A DNA stretch of 64,000 bases from an uncultured Lachnospiraceae bacterium (GTDB lineage: Bacteria; Bacillota; Clostridia; Lachnospirales; Lachnospiraceae). Positions within the stretch are counted from its first letter, which is position 1; each line of letters starts with the position of its first letter. Location of the stretch: contig CACZBF010000002.1 of NCBI GenBank assembly GCA_902779355.1, forward strand, positions 9,633 to 73,632, in the 5' to 3' direction. Position numbers and translations under genes: made by a program. Of this stretch, positions 45,595 to 54,788 are shown in pieces. A model generated the notes under the pieces. The model was not told the DNA's origin. It saw nothing but the letters and a program-made list of their open reading frames with translations, and searched no databases.

Positions 45595-47552
45595 GCGCCC
45601 TCCGGGAGTTGCAAGGTCTGACCCGCATAGATCAGGCGCGGATTGGCAATGACATTTTTGTTCAGGTCATAAAGTTCTTCCCAACGGGTGCCGTCGCCAT
45701 ACAGCTTATCGGCGATGATCCAGAGGGTGTCATCCTGCTGCACCTCGTAAGTATCTTTGCCTGCCGAAGTCGCATCCTCCGCAGTGTCCTCCTCCGGCTT
45801 GCTCTCATCGGAGGTCTCGGCGCTCTCTTCCGTCTTCTCGTCGTCAGACTTCTCCTCGTCAGACTTCTCATCCTCGGACTTTTCGTCCTTTGCCTCTTGG
45901 CTGTCTGCCGTGAGGATCGTATCATCCCCTCTCGGCTCACTGTACGTAGAGGCCGGGATCACGCCGTTTAGTTCTTTTTCAATGTACTGCGTGATCGCAT
46001 CATCCAGGAGATATCCCGTATCAAAGTTGTCTTTGGCGCCGAATACCGCATAGGTATCTCCGCCCGCTGCCACGAAATCATTCGTGATCACGGCATAGGT
46101 CGCTTTTTCGTCAAACGGCTTTCCGTTGACGCTCTCCACCGAAACGCGCTGAATGGAGTTCGGCTGATGGTAGGTGGAGTTCGGATAAAGATCTCCTCCG
46201 TCATATGCTTTTGTCGTATCGATCGTAAATTTGATCCCGCTGGTCTGCGGAAATCCTCCGAGAGGTTCCGGCGTACTGAAGGTGCTGGCTTCCAGAGCCT
46301 CCAGCAGTTCCTCTCCCGTGACATAGACTACAGCCACGCTGTTTCCAAACGGAAATACCGTATTCAGATCCTTTTTCGTAATATCTCCCTTGGGAAGTGT
46401 ATCGCGAATACCGCCGCCGTTTTCCAATGCGATCACATGATCCGGATCTGTTTCCAGAATACTCGGATCCTGCAGGATATACCATTTCATCGCATCCGTC
46501 GTCAGATCTCCGAGGGCAATCTCCTGATCTCTTCCGATATCACCGCCGCCCACAAGCTCCACTTCGCTCTGCGCGATGACCTCGCCGTACTCCTTATCAA
46601 CGGTATCTTCAATCTCTTTCGCCACTTTTTGCACGGTGTCATCCTGCGTGAGGTTCTCTGTGGAGATCAGATAGTGGTCAGCGATCTTTCCATCCTCATC
46701 CACTTCCACCACGCCGATATAAGCGAATTTGCTGCCGGTGGACTGGATCGGCTCCCCGTCATGCGTTTCTGTCATCACGGTATGGGAATGTCCGTCAATC
46801 AGGAAATCAATCCCTTTTGTATTTTCATAAAGGTCGATAGATCGGTTCCCGCTGTCCGCGGAAGAATCATCCACCCCAAGATGCGTCAGTCCGATCACAA
46901 GATCCGCACCATCTTTCTTCAACTGATCAACCACTTCCTGTACGCGATGATCCATTTTCTCGCCGCCAAGGAAAGTCAGTCCCTTTATATTCTCGGGATT
47001 CGCCTTTGTCTGACTCTCCGCCGTATCGATCCCGAAGAAGCCGATCGTCTTGCCGCCTTTCGTCTGATAGGTCCATGTCGGAGGCAAAATCTCTTTTTCG
47101 TCCTTATAGAGGTTTGCGCAGATCAGGGCAAACTCCGCCTCTTTCAGATTGGAGGTAGCAGCCGCCTCTCCGAAGTCAAAGTCATGGTTTCCAAGTGTCG
47201 CAACATCATAACCCGCTGCATTCATCATCTTGACAGCATCCGCGCCGTTCGCTGTATTCACGTACGGTCCGCCCTGCGAAAAATCGCCGGCGTCCGCCAT
47301 GATCACTTCGGCTCCCAGCGCCTCAAATGCATCCCGCATTGCCGTCATCATGGCATACCCGTCAATCGCGCCGTGCACATCATTGGAATGGATGATCACG
47401 GTCTTTCCCGTATAATCTCCGTCCGGCATTTCCCGTACATCCGCCGGATATTCCGTTTCATCCGCCAACACCGTTTCCGGTATCATCGGGAGCGAAAGGA
47501 GCACGCAGCCTGCGCCCAGGATCCCTGCCAATATCCTTTTGATCTGTCTCAT
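45591..47552 (-). CDS. secreted bifunctional metallophosphatase/5'-nucleotidase with an acidic linker and C-terminal LysM domain
   Basis: Signal peptide present. IIHSNDVHG and TLGNHDFDFG metallophosphoesterase motifs, a 5'-nucleotidase C-terminal domain, and LysM YEVQQDDTLWIIADKLYGDGTRWEELYDLNK. Confidence 0.85.
   Translation of the reverse strand: MRQIKRILAGILGAGCVLLSLPMIPETVLADETEYPADVREMPDGDYTGKTVIIHSNDVHGAIDGYAMMTAMRDAFEALGAEVIMADAGDFSQGGPYVNTANGADAVKMMNAAGYDVATLGNHDFDFGEAAATSNLKEAEFALICANLYKDEKEILPPTWTYQTKGGKTIGFFGIDTAESQTKANPENIKGLTFLGGEKMDHRVQEVVDQLKKDGADLVIGLTHLGVDDSSADSGNRSIDLYENTKGIDFLIDGHSHTVMTETHDGEPIQSTGSKFAYIGVVEVDEDGKIADHYLISTENLTQDDTVQKVAKEIEDTVDKEYGEVIAQSEVELVGGGDIGRDQEIALGDLTTDAMKWYILQDPSILETDPDHVIALENGGGIRDTLPKGDITKKDLNTVFPFGNSVAVVYVTGEELLEALEASTFSTPEPLGGFPQTSGIKFTIDTTKAYDGGDLYPNSTYHQPNSIQRVSVESVNGKPFDEKATYAVITNDFVAAGGDTYAVFGAKDNFDTGYLLDDAITQYIEKELNGVIPASTYSEPRGDDTILTADSQEAKDEKSEDEKSDEEKSDDEKTEESAETSDESKPEEDTAEDATSAGKDTYEVQQDDTLWIIADKLYGDGTRWEELYDLNKNVIANPRLIYAGQTLQLPEGA
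45841..45885. repeat. three tandem 15-nt units encoding the acidic (D/E-K-S) linker
   Basis: tcgtcagacttctcc / tcgtcagacttctca / tcctcggacttttcg. Units 1 and 2 are identical at 14 of 15 positions. Confidence 0.6.
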
Positions 47553-47624
47553 TTGTTTTCCTCCAGTCTTCTCTCATAGTTTTCATGCATATGCCGATTT
47601 TACCATCTTTTTCGAAAAAAGGGA

Positions 47625-47664
47625 ACAAAAAAGGACGGCTGCGTCTTCTCCGCTTGCCGTCCTT
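47625..47664 (-). terminator. rho-independent terminator after the small charged-protein gene
   Basis: AAGGACGGC-N16-GCCGTCCTT followed by TTTTTTG on the minus strand. Confidence 0.65.
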
Positions 47665-47695
47665 TCAGGACTTCATTTGATTCATTTAGGATCTC

Positions 47696-47947
47696 CTATA
47701 CCAGAAAATTGATGACCGTGAATTGATACAATTCTTCGTCGCGCGGATCCTTTTCTTTCGGTGTCCGCTTCGCCGCTTTGTAATACCCCGGCGGGTGTTC
47801 TTCGCTGCGGGAGTTCACTGCGGTTTCATCCTTGCTGTCCACCACACGGGATACTTTTTTCTCCCATTTCTTTTCACGTCCTTTGCCGTCTGTACGAAAC
47901 GCCTGATACTGTTCCGCCATCACCTGTTCGATTACGCCCGGATACAT
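47696..47947 (-). CDS. small highly charged hypothetical protein (83 aa)
   Basis: Strong SD AAAGGAGGAAAAAACC before the ATG, with terminators on both sides. K/E/R-rich (GKGREKKWEKKVSRV...KRTPKEKDPRDEE). No family recognised. Confidence 0.5.
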   Translation of the reverse strand: MYPGVIEQVMAEQYQAFRTDGKGREKKWEKKVSRVVDSKDETAVNSRSEEHPPGYYKAAKRTPKEKDPRDEELYQFTVINFLV

Positions 47948-47964
47948 GGTTTTTTCCTCCTTTC

Positions 47965-48006
47965 CAAAAAAATATAGGGGAGAGTTTTATTCCTCTCACC
48001 CTATAT
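47965..48006 (-). terminator. rho-independent terminator after galT
   Basis: ATATAGGGTGAGAG-N8-CTCTCCCCTATAT (one bulge) followed by TTTTTTTGG on the minus strand. Confidence 0.6.
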
Positions 48007-48059
48007 ATCGTCAGACTATTCAGAAAGTTTAGTCTATTCTTCCTCAATTCCCATCCGTT

Positions 48060-49589
48060 TCAATCGATTGATCCTGTAAAACGCAGAAATGCGCTGCGTC
48101 CCTCGCTCGTACACTTGTAAACACCGGCGTCTGAGAGCACCTGCGCAAAGACCAGACCGATCTCCTCCTCAAGGATCCCGTGGATGTTCTCTGCATGCAG
48201 GTCGGCGTGCTTTGCGCGTATCTCGTCTGCCCAGTCAGCATGCTTTTCCAACACTTCATCTGCACGAAGATCTGCGCCTGAGAGCATTGCGGATGCAAGC
48301 CTTGCCATCTCTTCCTTCAGGCGGCTCGGCAGAACGGCCAGTCCCATCACCTCGATCAGGCCGATGTTTTCTTTTTTGATGTGGTGCAGTTTCTCATGCG
48401 GATGGTAAACACCGAGCGGATGTTCCTCGGTCGTGATGTTGTTTCGCAGCACAAGGTCGAGTTCGAAATTCTCATCCCGCCGCCTTGCGATCGGCGTGAT
48501 CGTGTTGTGCGGTTCGCCGTCCGTTTCCGCGAAAATAAACGCCGCTTCGTCCGTATAGCCCCGCCATGCAAGAAGGATCTTATCCGCCAGCTCCACGATC
48601 CGGTTCTTATCCGGCCCGTTCAGTCGGATCACGGACATCGGCCACTTCACGATGCCTGCCTTGATATCCTCAAACCCCGCAAAGGAGATCTCCTGCTCCA
48701 CCTCAGCACGCGCCATCGGGAACGTGTAATGACCGCCCTGAAAATGATCGTGCGAAAGGATCGAGCCGCCAACGATCGGAAGATCCGCGTTGCTCCCGAC
48801 AAAATAATGCGGGAACTGCTCCACAAAATCCAGAAGCTTGCCGAACGTCGCCCGTTCGATCTTCATCGGGATATGCTTCGCGTTGAAGCAGATGCAGTGC
48901 TCGTTGTAATAGACGTACGGAGAGTACTGCAAAAACCATTCGGACCCGTTGATCGTGATCGGGATGATCCGGTGGTTCTGTCTCGCCGGGTGGTTGACTC
49001 TGCCGGCATAGCCCTCATTTTCCTTACATAACAGGCACTTCGGATAGCCGCTTTGCTTCGCCGCTTTCGCAGCCGCGATCGCTTTCGGATCCTTTTCCGG
49101 TTTGCTGAGATTGATCGTGATATCGAGCGTCCCGAAAGGCGTCTCGGTTTTCCATTTCAGGTCTTTTTTTACGCGATACCGGCGGATGTAATCGCTGTCA
49201 CAACTCAGCTTGTAATAATAATCCGTCGCCGCAAGCGGTCCCTCCTTCTCATAGAGACTGCGGAACTTCGCTTCCACCTCGCTCGGACGCGGCATGAGAC
49301 AGTTCATGATCTTCGTATCAAATAGATCCCGATACGTGATCGTATCTTCCGGCAGAAGCACCTTTGCGGCAGCTGCATCAAGAAGCGCTTTCAAAATTCC
49401 CTCCAGCGCATCCTCCGCTTTCTTTTGATCGGTCAGACGATTCTGATGTGCTGACACCACCTCATCTTCCAGTCCGTCCAGCCCGCATTGCGCCAGCAGC
49501 AGATTCGTCGTATAGCTGCGGTCACGCTCCGTGATCAATCCAGTCACCAGCGCGTAATCCACCAAATTCAGAATCTGTTCTTCTACCAT
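48060..49589 (-). CDS. galT: UDP-glucose--hexose-1-phosphate uridylyltransferase (type 2, Firmicute GalT)
   Basis: 509 aa. MVEEQILNLVDYALVTGLITERDRSYTTNLLL... N-terminus and the active-site region SILSHDHFQGG. Confidence 0.9.
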   Translation of the reverse strand: MVEEQILNLVDYALVTGLITERDRSYTTNLLLAQCGLDGLEDEVVSAHQNRLTDQKKAEDALEGILKALLDAAAAKVLLPEDTITYRDLFDTKIMNCLMPRPSEVEAKFRSLYEKEGPLAATDYYYKLSCDSDYIRRYRVKKDLKWKTETPFGTLDITINLSKPEKDPKAIAAAKAAKQSGYPKCLLCKENEGYAGRVNHPARQNHRIIPITINGSEWFLQYSPYVYYNEHCICFNAKHIPMKIERATFGKLLDFVEQFPHYFVGSNADLPIVGGSILSHDHFQGGHYTFPMARAEVEQEISFAGFEDIKAGIVKWPMSVIRLNGPDKNRIVELADKILLAWRGYTDEAAFIFAETDGEPHNTITPIARRRDENFELDLVLRNNITTEEHPLGVYHPHEKLHHIKKENIGLIEVMGLAVLPSRLKEEMARLASAMLSGADLRADEVLEKHADWADEIRAKHADLHAENIHGILEEEIGLVFAQVLSDAGVYKCTSEGRSAFLRFTGSID

Positions 49590-49610
49590 TTCCTTTGTTC
49601 CTCTCTTTCC

Positions 49611-50783
49611 TCATACCGGGATCCTGTGCGGACCGTCTCCGATCTCTACCACATAAAAGTCCGCCTGCTTCCCGGTGCGTTTCTCATAGGCTTCGCCAAC
49701 CGCTTTTTGGAACGCGTCGATCGCACCGTTCTCCACGATGCTGACCGTACAGCCGCCGAAGCCGCCGCCTGTGATCCGCGACCCGATCACGCCCGGCACT
49801 TTCCATGCCTCTTCGACGAGCACATCGATCTCCGGACAGGATACTTCATAATCATCCCGCAGCGATACATGGGATTGGTTCATCAATTCTCCGAACAGCT
49901 TGATGTCGTTGTTCTTCAACGCCTCCACCGCGCGGACCGTCCGCTGGTTTTCATAAACCGCATGCTTTGCTCTTTTCTGCCGCACCGGATCCTTGATGGC
50001 ATCCTTACTTTTCTCAAACGCTTCCTCCGTGAGGTCACCAAGCGTCTTGATATCTGTCACGCTCTGCAGTTCGGCGAGCGCCGTCTCGCATTCTGTGCGC
50101 CGCTCATTGTATGCGGACGCCACGAGCGAATGCTTCACATTGGAATTGGTCACGACAACAGATGCATCCTTTAAAGCCACCGGCGCATAGGTGAATTCCA
50201 GCGTCGCCGTGTCCAGAAAGATCGCATGATCTTTTTTGCCCATGGCGGATGCAAACTGGTCCATGATCCCGCAGTTCATGCCGTTGTACTGATTCTCGGA
50301 AAACTGTCCGATCTTCGCCAGATCCTCATTGGTAACAGAAAAGCCAAACAGGTCCTTTAACAGAAATCCTGTCAGCACTTCCAGAGACGCCGAGGAAGAA
50401 AGTCCGGAGCCTGCGGGGATATTCCCCCGGATCAATAGATCAAGCCCCTTTTCTACTTTCATCCCACGCTCTGTAAATGCCCACATAACCCCCTTCGGAT
50501 AAGCCGTCCAGTTCTTGTCCTCCTTTGGGTGGAAGTCGGACAACGAAGTCTCAACGACGCCGTTCTTCTCAAAGTTCATCGAGTAAAACCGCAGTTTCTC
50601 ATCATCGCGTTTGCGTGCGACAGCGTAGGTCCCGATCGTCAGCGCGCAGGGAAACACATGCCCGCCGTTATAGTCGGTATGCTCCCCGATCAGATTTACG
50701 CGCCCGGGCGCAAAGTACATCCGGATGTCTCCGTCAGCCCCGTAAAGTTCTTTGAATTTTGCAAGCATTTTCTGGTGTTCCAT
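49611..50783 (-). CDS. galK: galactokinase
   Basis: GRVNLIGEHTDYNGGHVFP signature and GHMP motif PAGSGLSSSASL. Confidence 0.95.
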   Translation of the reverse strand: MEHQKMLAKFKELYGADGDIRMYFAPGRVNLIGEHTDYNGGHVFPCALTIGTYAVARKRDDEKLRFYSMNFEKNGVVETSLSDFHPKEDKNWTAYPKGVMWAFTERGMKVEKGLDLLIRGNIPAGSGLSSSASLEVLTGFLLKDLFGFSVTNEDLAKIGQFSENQYNGMNCGIMDQFASAMGKKDHAIFLDTATLEFTYAPVALKDASVVVTNSNVKHSLVASAYNERRTECETALAELQSVTDIKTLGDLTEEAFEKSKDAIKDPVRQKRAKHAVYENQRTVRAVEALKNNDIKLFGELMNQSHVSLRDDYEVSCPEIDVLVEEAWKVPGVIGSRITGGGFGGCTVSIVENGAIDAFQKAVGEAYEKRTGKQADFYVVEIGDGPHRIPV

Positions 50784-50798
50784 AGCAACCCTCCTTGA

Positions 50799-53700
50799 TC
50801 AGATCCCGCAGAAGCGGAATGTGAATACCTTTTCCTTCGACACATCCAGCAGGTACTCCGGATGCGTCTCAGCGCCCCAGCTGTCGTCTCCCGCGACACC
50901 CATCTGCATCTCGGCAACGCGCACGACCGTGTAATGCACCTCCGGCAGTTCATAGGCATGCATCGCATTTTCGATCTCATGCGGCGTCCACGGCAGCGCC
51001 GAAAACGAAAGGTCATCTCCCGAGAAGCATAAGCCTCTTCCTTTCCGGTCCATCACCTTGGCATAGCGCACGCCGCACTTGTTGCCGCATTCCTGCGGAA
51101 CGAGATAAGCTGCGTAGTTGTCCGCCACCTTGTTTTCAAAGATGCCGAGTCTCCCGCCGCGGAGGCGATCCACGTAGGTTTCATCGGGTCCGAGTCCGTA
51201 CCATTTCACGCGGTCATAGTCTGCGTCCATCTTGAAAAGCATGCCAAACTCCGGCATATCCGGAAGTCCTTTCACGGGCGTGTAGCGGAGCGTCGTCTCT
51301 ACCATCCCGTCTGCGAACACTTCATAAGCAACCGTGCATTCCGCCGCAGGCTCCGTCGGCAGATAATACTTTACCGTGACCACGACGCTGTGCTCTTTCT
51401 CCTCAACGAGCGGCGCGGTATTTTCAAAACGGTCACTGCTCTTTCCGGTCACATACATGCTCGCGATCTTCCACTGCGCATAGCGCTGCGGCATCCGGTT
51501 GCCATTGTCGTTCGCGGTCGGCGCACGCCAGAAGTTCGGCTTCGGGATCGCCTTCAGCATCTCCACGCCGCCATACACATACGACGTCATGCCGGGATAC
51601 AGCGTGGAAAACATCACGGAGAAATGTTCTCCGGAAATGCCAAGATTGAGTTTCCCATGCACGACCCGCAACTTCCCGTCGCAATGATAAGAAGTCCGTT
51701 CTTTCTTATAAACAGTCTCTCCAAACGCGACCTCGTGCCCTGCTTTCGCCCAGAGCGTGTCCTCGCGCAGCGTGAACGAAACGTTGACCGCAAACTCCGG
51801 CGCACAACTTTGCAGCGACGCTGCGGCGGCTTTCCGCGCATTCACTTCCGTCAAAAGGTCGGACGGGATCGGGAAGGTCTCTTTAGAAAGCGGCGCCACG
51901 GAAAGCTCCGCCGGCACGACCCGCACGGTCTCGCCGTCTGCGAGCAGGCTGATCCATGCATCATACGTATCCGCATTGGTAAACAGGTGCTTGTTGTGCA
52001 CCGTGAATTCTTTTTTCTCCTGGTCAAAGGTCACCGTCAGGTTTTGATAGTTGTATTTGACCTCCTGCATCTTCGGTGAGGGGTCTCGCTCTGCCGCCGT
52101 GACGATACCGTTTCCGGAAAAATCGAAGTCCGTCGGACGCTCGTCAAAATCTCCGCCGTATGCCTGGAACCATTTCCCGTAACGATCCTTTTTCGCGATG
52201 GACTGGTCGATGTAATCCCAGATGAAACCGCCTTGATAACGCGGCTCACGATCGGACAGGTCCGTGTATTTATGCATGCCGCCGCAGGAATTGCCCATGG
52301 CGTGCGTGTACTCGCAGCAGATGAACGGCTTGTCCGGATGCTCTGCAAGGAACTGCTCGATGTCCGCCACCGACGGATACATCTCACTTTCCATATCACT
52401 GGTATCGTTATAGCTGCGATCCCAGAACACCCCCTCATAGTGCACAAGTCTGTGTGGATCGAGCTTGCGGAAGAGCTGGCTCATCTCGTAAATAACCTTG
52501 CCGCCGTAGGACTCGTTGCCGCAGGACCAGATTAAGATCGAAGGATGGTTCTTGTCCCGCTGGTAGCAAGAATTGATACGGTCAAGCAGCAGCGGCTGCC
52601 AGATCTCTTGATTACCCGGCACAACGAAGTCCTCCGTCGCCGTTTTCCGTAAAAAGGCGTCCCAGCTGCCATGAGACTCCAGATTGTTTTCCGCGATCAT
52701 ATACAGACCGTAGCGGTCGCAAAGCGCATAGATCAAAGAATCATCCGGGTAATGGCTGGTACGGATCGCGTTGATGTTGTGCCGTTTCATCGTCAGGATG
52801 TCTTTCTTCAACGCTTCGGCATCCGGCACGCGTCCGGAATGCGTGTTGAATTCATGCCGGTTGACGCCCTTGAATACGATGCGTTTGCCGTTTAGGAGCA
52901 TGAGTCCGTCTTTCATCTCAAACCGGCGGAAGCCCACATCCTGCCGGATCACTTCCTTTACTTCACCCGCCTGGTCCTTCACTGTCAAAAGAAGTTCATA
53001 CAGGTTCGGTGTCTCCGCGCTCCAAAGCTCCGGTGCTTTCACCTCCGCGGACACCGTATTTTCTCCATCTTTGGACGGACAGCTTTCTTTCCAGATCTCC
53101 TCGCCGTCATACGCCAGCGAGAAGTCGATGCTGCCCTCTCCCTCCGAACGCCATGTGAGATTGAGCGTCCCCTGATCAAACGTGTCGTTCAAAGTCGGCA
53201 CCACGGAAAGATCCGCTACATGGGCCCTCGGCACGGCGTACAGATACACGCTCCTAAAGATCCCGGAGAACCGGTAAAAATCCTGATCCTCGCACCAGCT
53301 CCCGGCCGTCCATTTCCAGACACGCACCGCCAGGAAGTTCTCTCCGTCGACAAGTGCCTCTGTCAGGTCAAACTCCGCCGGATCAAAGGTGTTTTCACTG
53401 TAACCGATATAGGCGCCGTTCAAAAACAGCGCGAAGCCGCTCTCCACACCCTGAAACGAGATCCGGATCTTTTCTCCCTGCATATGCGCCGGCAGGGAAA
53501 ACGTCAGCGCATAATCCGCCACGGGTGAAAACTCCGTCGGTATCTCCGGTGGATTCAGTTCCTCATGACCGTCCCAGGGATAGGCCACGTTCGTATACTG
53601 GGGTCTGTCATACCCTTCCATCTGGATATGGGAAGGCACGCGGATCTCTTCCCACCCGATGACATTCCCTTTGTCTTTCCAGAACCCGTCCAATGCCTGC

Positions 53701-53879
53701 GCTTCATTTTTCGCATAATGAAACTTCCAGCATCCGTCCAGGCTCATCCGGTAACGGGTCTCCCCGCAAAGAAGCTCCTCCACCGAGCCGTACGGAATAT
53801 GATCCGAATGTGCGGGAAGCCGGTTTTCCTGAAAAACTGCAGGATCCCGTACAATTTTGCTGTCAAATTCTTTTTTCAT
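50799..53879 (-). CDS. lacZ: beta-galactosidase, GH2
   Basis: ATG 53879 lies 7 nt after AGAGGG. Acid/base context WSCGNESYGG and nucleophile context ICCEYTHAMGNS. About 1,026 aa. Confidence 0.9.
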   Translation of the reverse strand: MKKEFDSKIVRDPAVFQENRLPAHSDHIPYGSVEELLCGETRYRMSLDGCWKFHYAKNEAQALDGFWKDKGNVIGWEEIRVPSHIQMEGYDRPQYTNVAYPWDGHEELNPPEIPTEFSPVADYALTFSLPAHMQGEKIRISFQGVESGFALFLNGAYIGYSENTFDPAEFDLTEALVDGENFLAVRVWKWTAGSWCEDQDFYRFSGIFRSVYLYAVPRAHVADLSVVPTLNDTFDQGTLNLTWRSEGEGSIDFSLAYDGEEIWKESCPSKDGENTVSAEVKAPELWSAETPNLYELLLTVKDQAGEVKEVIRQDVGFRRFEMKDGLMLLNGKRIVFKGVNRHEFNTHSGRVPDAEALKKDILTMKRHNINAIRTSHYPDDSLIYALCDRYGLYMIAENNLESHGSWDAFLRKTATEDFVVPGNQEIWQPLLLDRINSCYQRDKNHPSILIWSCGNESYGGKVIYEMSQLFRKLDPHRLVHYEGVFWDRSYNDTSDMESEMYPSVADIEQFLAEHPDKPFICCEYTHAMGNSCGGMHKYTDLSDREPRYQGGFIWDYIDQSIAKKDRYGKWFQAYGGDFDERPTDFDFSGNGIVTAAERDPSPKMQEVKYNYQNLTVTFDQEKKEFTVHNKHLFTNADTYDAWISLLADGETVRVVPAELSVAPLSKETFPIPSDLLTEVNARKAAAASLQSCAPEFAVNVSFTLREDTLWAKAGHEVAFGETVYKKERTSYHCDGKLRVVHGKLNLGISGEHFSVMFSTLYPGMTSYVYGGVEMLKAIPKPNFWRAPTANDNGNRMPQRYAQWKIASMYVTGKSSDRFENTAPLVEEKEHSVVVTVKYYLPTEPAAECTVAYEVFADGMVETTLRYTPVKGLPDMPEFGMLFKMDADYDRVKWYGLGPDETYVDRLRGGRLGIFENKVADNYAAYLVPQECGNKCGVRYAKVMDRKGRGLCFSGDDLSFSALPWTPHEIENAMHAYELPEVHYTVVRVAEMQMGVAGDDSWGAETHPEYLLDVSKEKVFTFRFCGI

Positions 53880-53896
53880 TTTCACGCCCTCTTAGG

Positions 53897-53928
53897 TAAA
53901 AAAAGAGCCTCCTAGACACAGAGGCTCC
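53897..53928 (-). terminator. hairpin/terminator between the ABC permease gene and lacZ
   Basis: GAGCCTC-N9-GAGGCTC followed by TTTTTTTA on the minus strand. Confidence 0.5.
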
Positions 53929-53939
53929 TTTTTCACTTG

Positions 53940-54788
53940 TTATTTTACTGCGCCGGTGATACCTTCCGCGAACTGCTTCTGCAGGACGAAGAAGATAATG
54001 ATCGTCGGCATCGTCGAGAACAACACGCCCATCATCAGCATGCCGTAATCAACCGTATAGCCGTTTGCCAGGTTTGCGATCAGGATCGGCATCGTCTGCG
54101 CCTCGTTCTTTCTCAATACGACGCGCGGCCACAGATAGGAGTTCCATGCGTTCATAAACGTGATAACCGCTGCTGCCGCATAGGTGGATTTCATAACCGG
54201 CATGTACATTCTGAAGAAGATCGAGAGCTCGGAAAGGCCGTCGATCCGGGCTGCCTCCATGATATCCGGCGGGAAGTTCCTGGAATTCTGCCGGAACATC
54301 ATGATCATAAACGGTGTGGAAATGGCCGGAAGCACAAAGCCCCATACCGTATCGAGAAGATGCACCTTGCTCATCATCGTGAATAACGGGATCATCGTCG
54401 CCACTCCGGGGATCATCATTGCCATCAGAAGGATCGCAAAGAGGATGTCCTTTCCTTTGTCATGGTAAAGTTCAAATCCGTATCCTGCCAGGGAGCAGAC
54501 AAAGAGGCAAAGCAGCGTCTGCACGATCGCATAGAGGAACGAATTCCCCATGGACCGCCAGAGGTTTGTATTCGCCACCAGATTTTTGAAATTCTCTGCG
54601 GCATAGGTGCCGAACCAGATTTTACCGCGTGCCACATCGACGGTCGTATTCGTCGCCGCCGTGATCATCCAGTAGAGCGGGAAGACCGAAAAGAACGCCA
54701 CGATGGACAGGAAGATATAACTCGGGATCAGCCTGCGCTGGATCATATTTCCTTTGATCTTTGTTTTTTTCTCAGTCACGCGTATCAC
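53940..54788 (-). CDS. carbohydrate ABC transporter permease (MalG-like)
   Basis: GTG 54788 preceded by GTAGGTGAT; the alternative is ATG 54746. EAA loop EAARIDGLSELSIFFRMYMP. Confidence 0.85.
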   Translation of the reverse strand: MIRVTEKKTKIKGNMIQRRLIPSYIFLSIVAFFSVFPLYWMITAATNTTVDVARGKIWFGTYAAENFKNLVANTNLWRSMGNSFLYAIVQTLLCLFVCSLAGYGFELYHDKGKDILFAILLMAMMIPGVATMIPLFTMMSKVHLLDTVWGFVLPAISTPFMIMMFRQNSRNFPPDIMEAARIDGLSELSIFFRMYMPVMKSTYAAAAVITFMNAWNSYLWPRVVLRKNEAQTMPILIANLANGYTVDYGMLMMGVLFSTMPTIIIFFVLQKQFAEGITGAVK

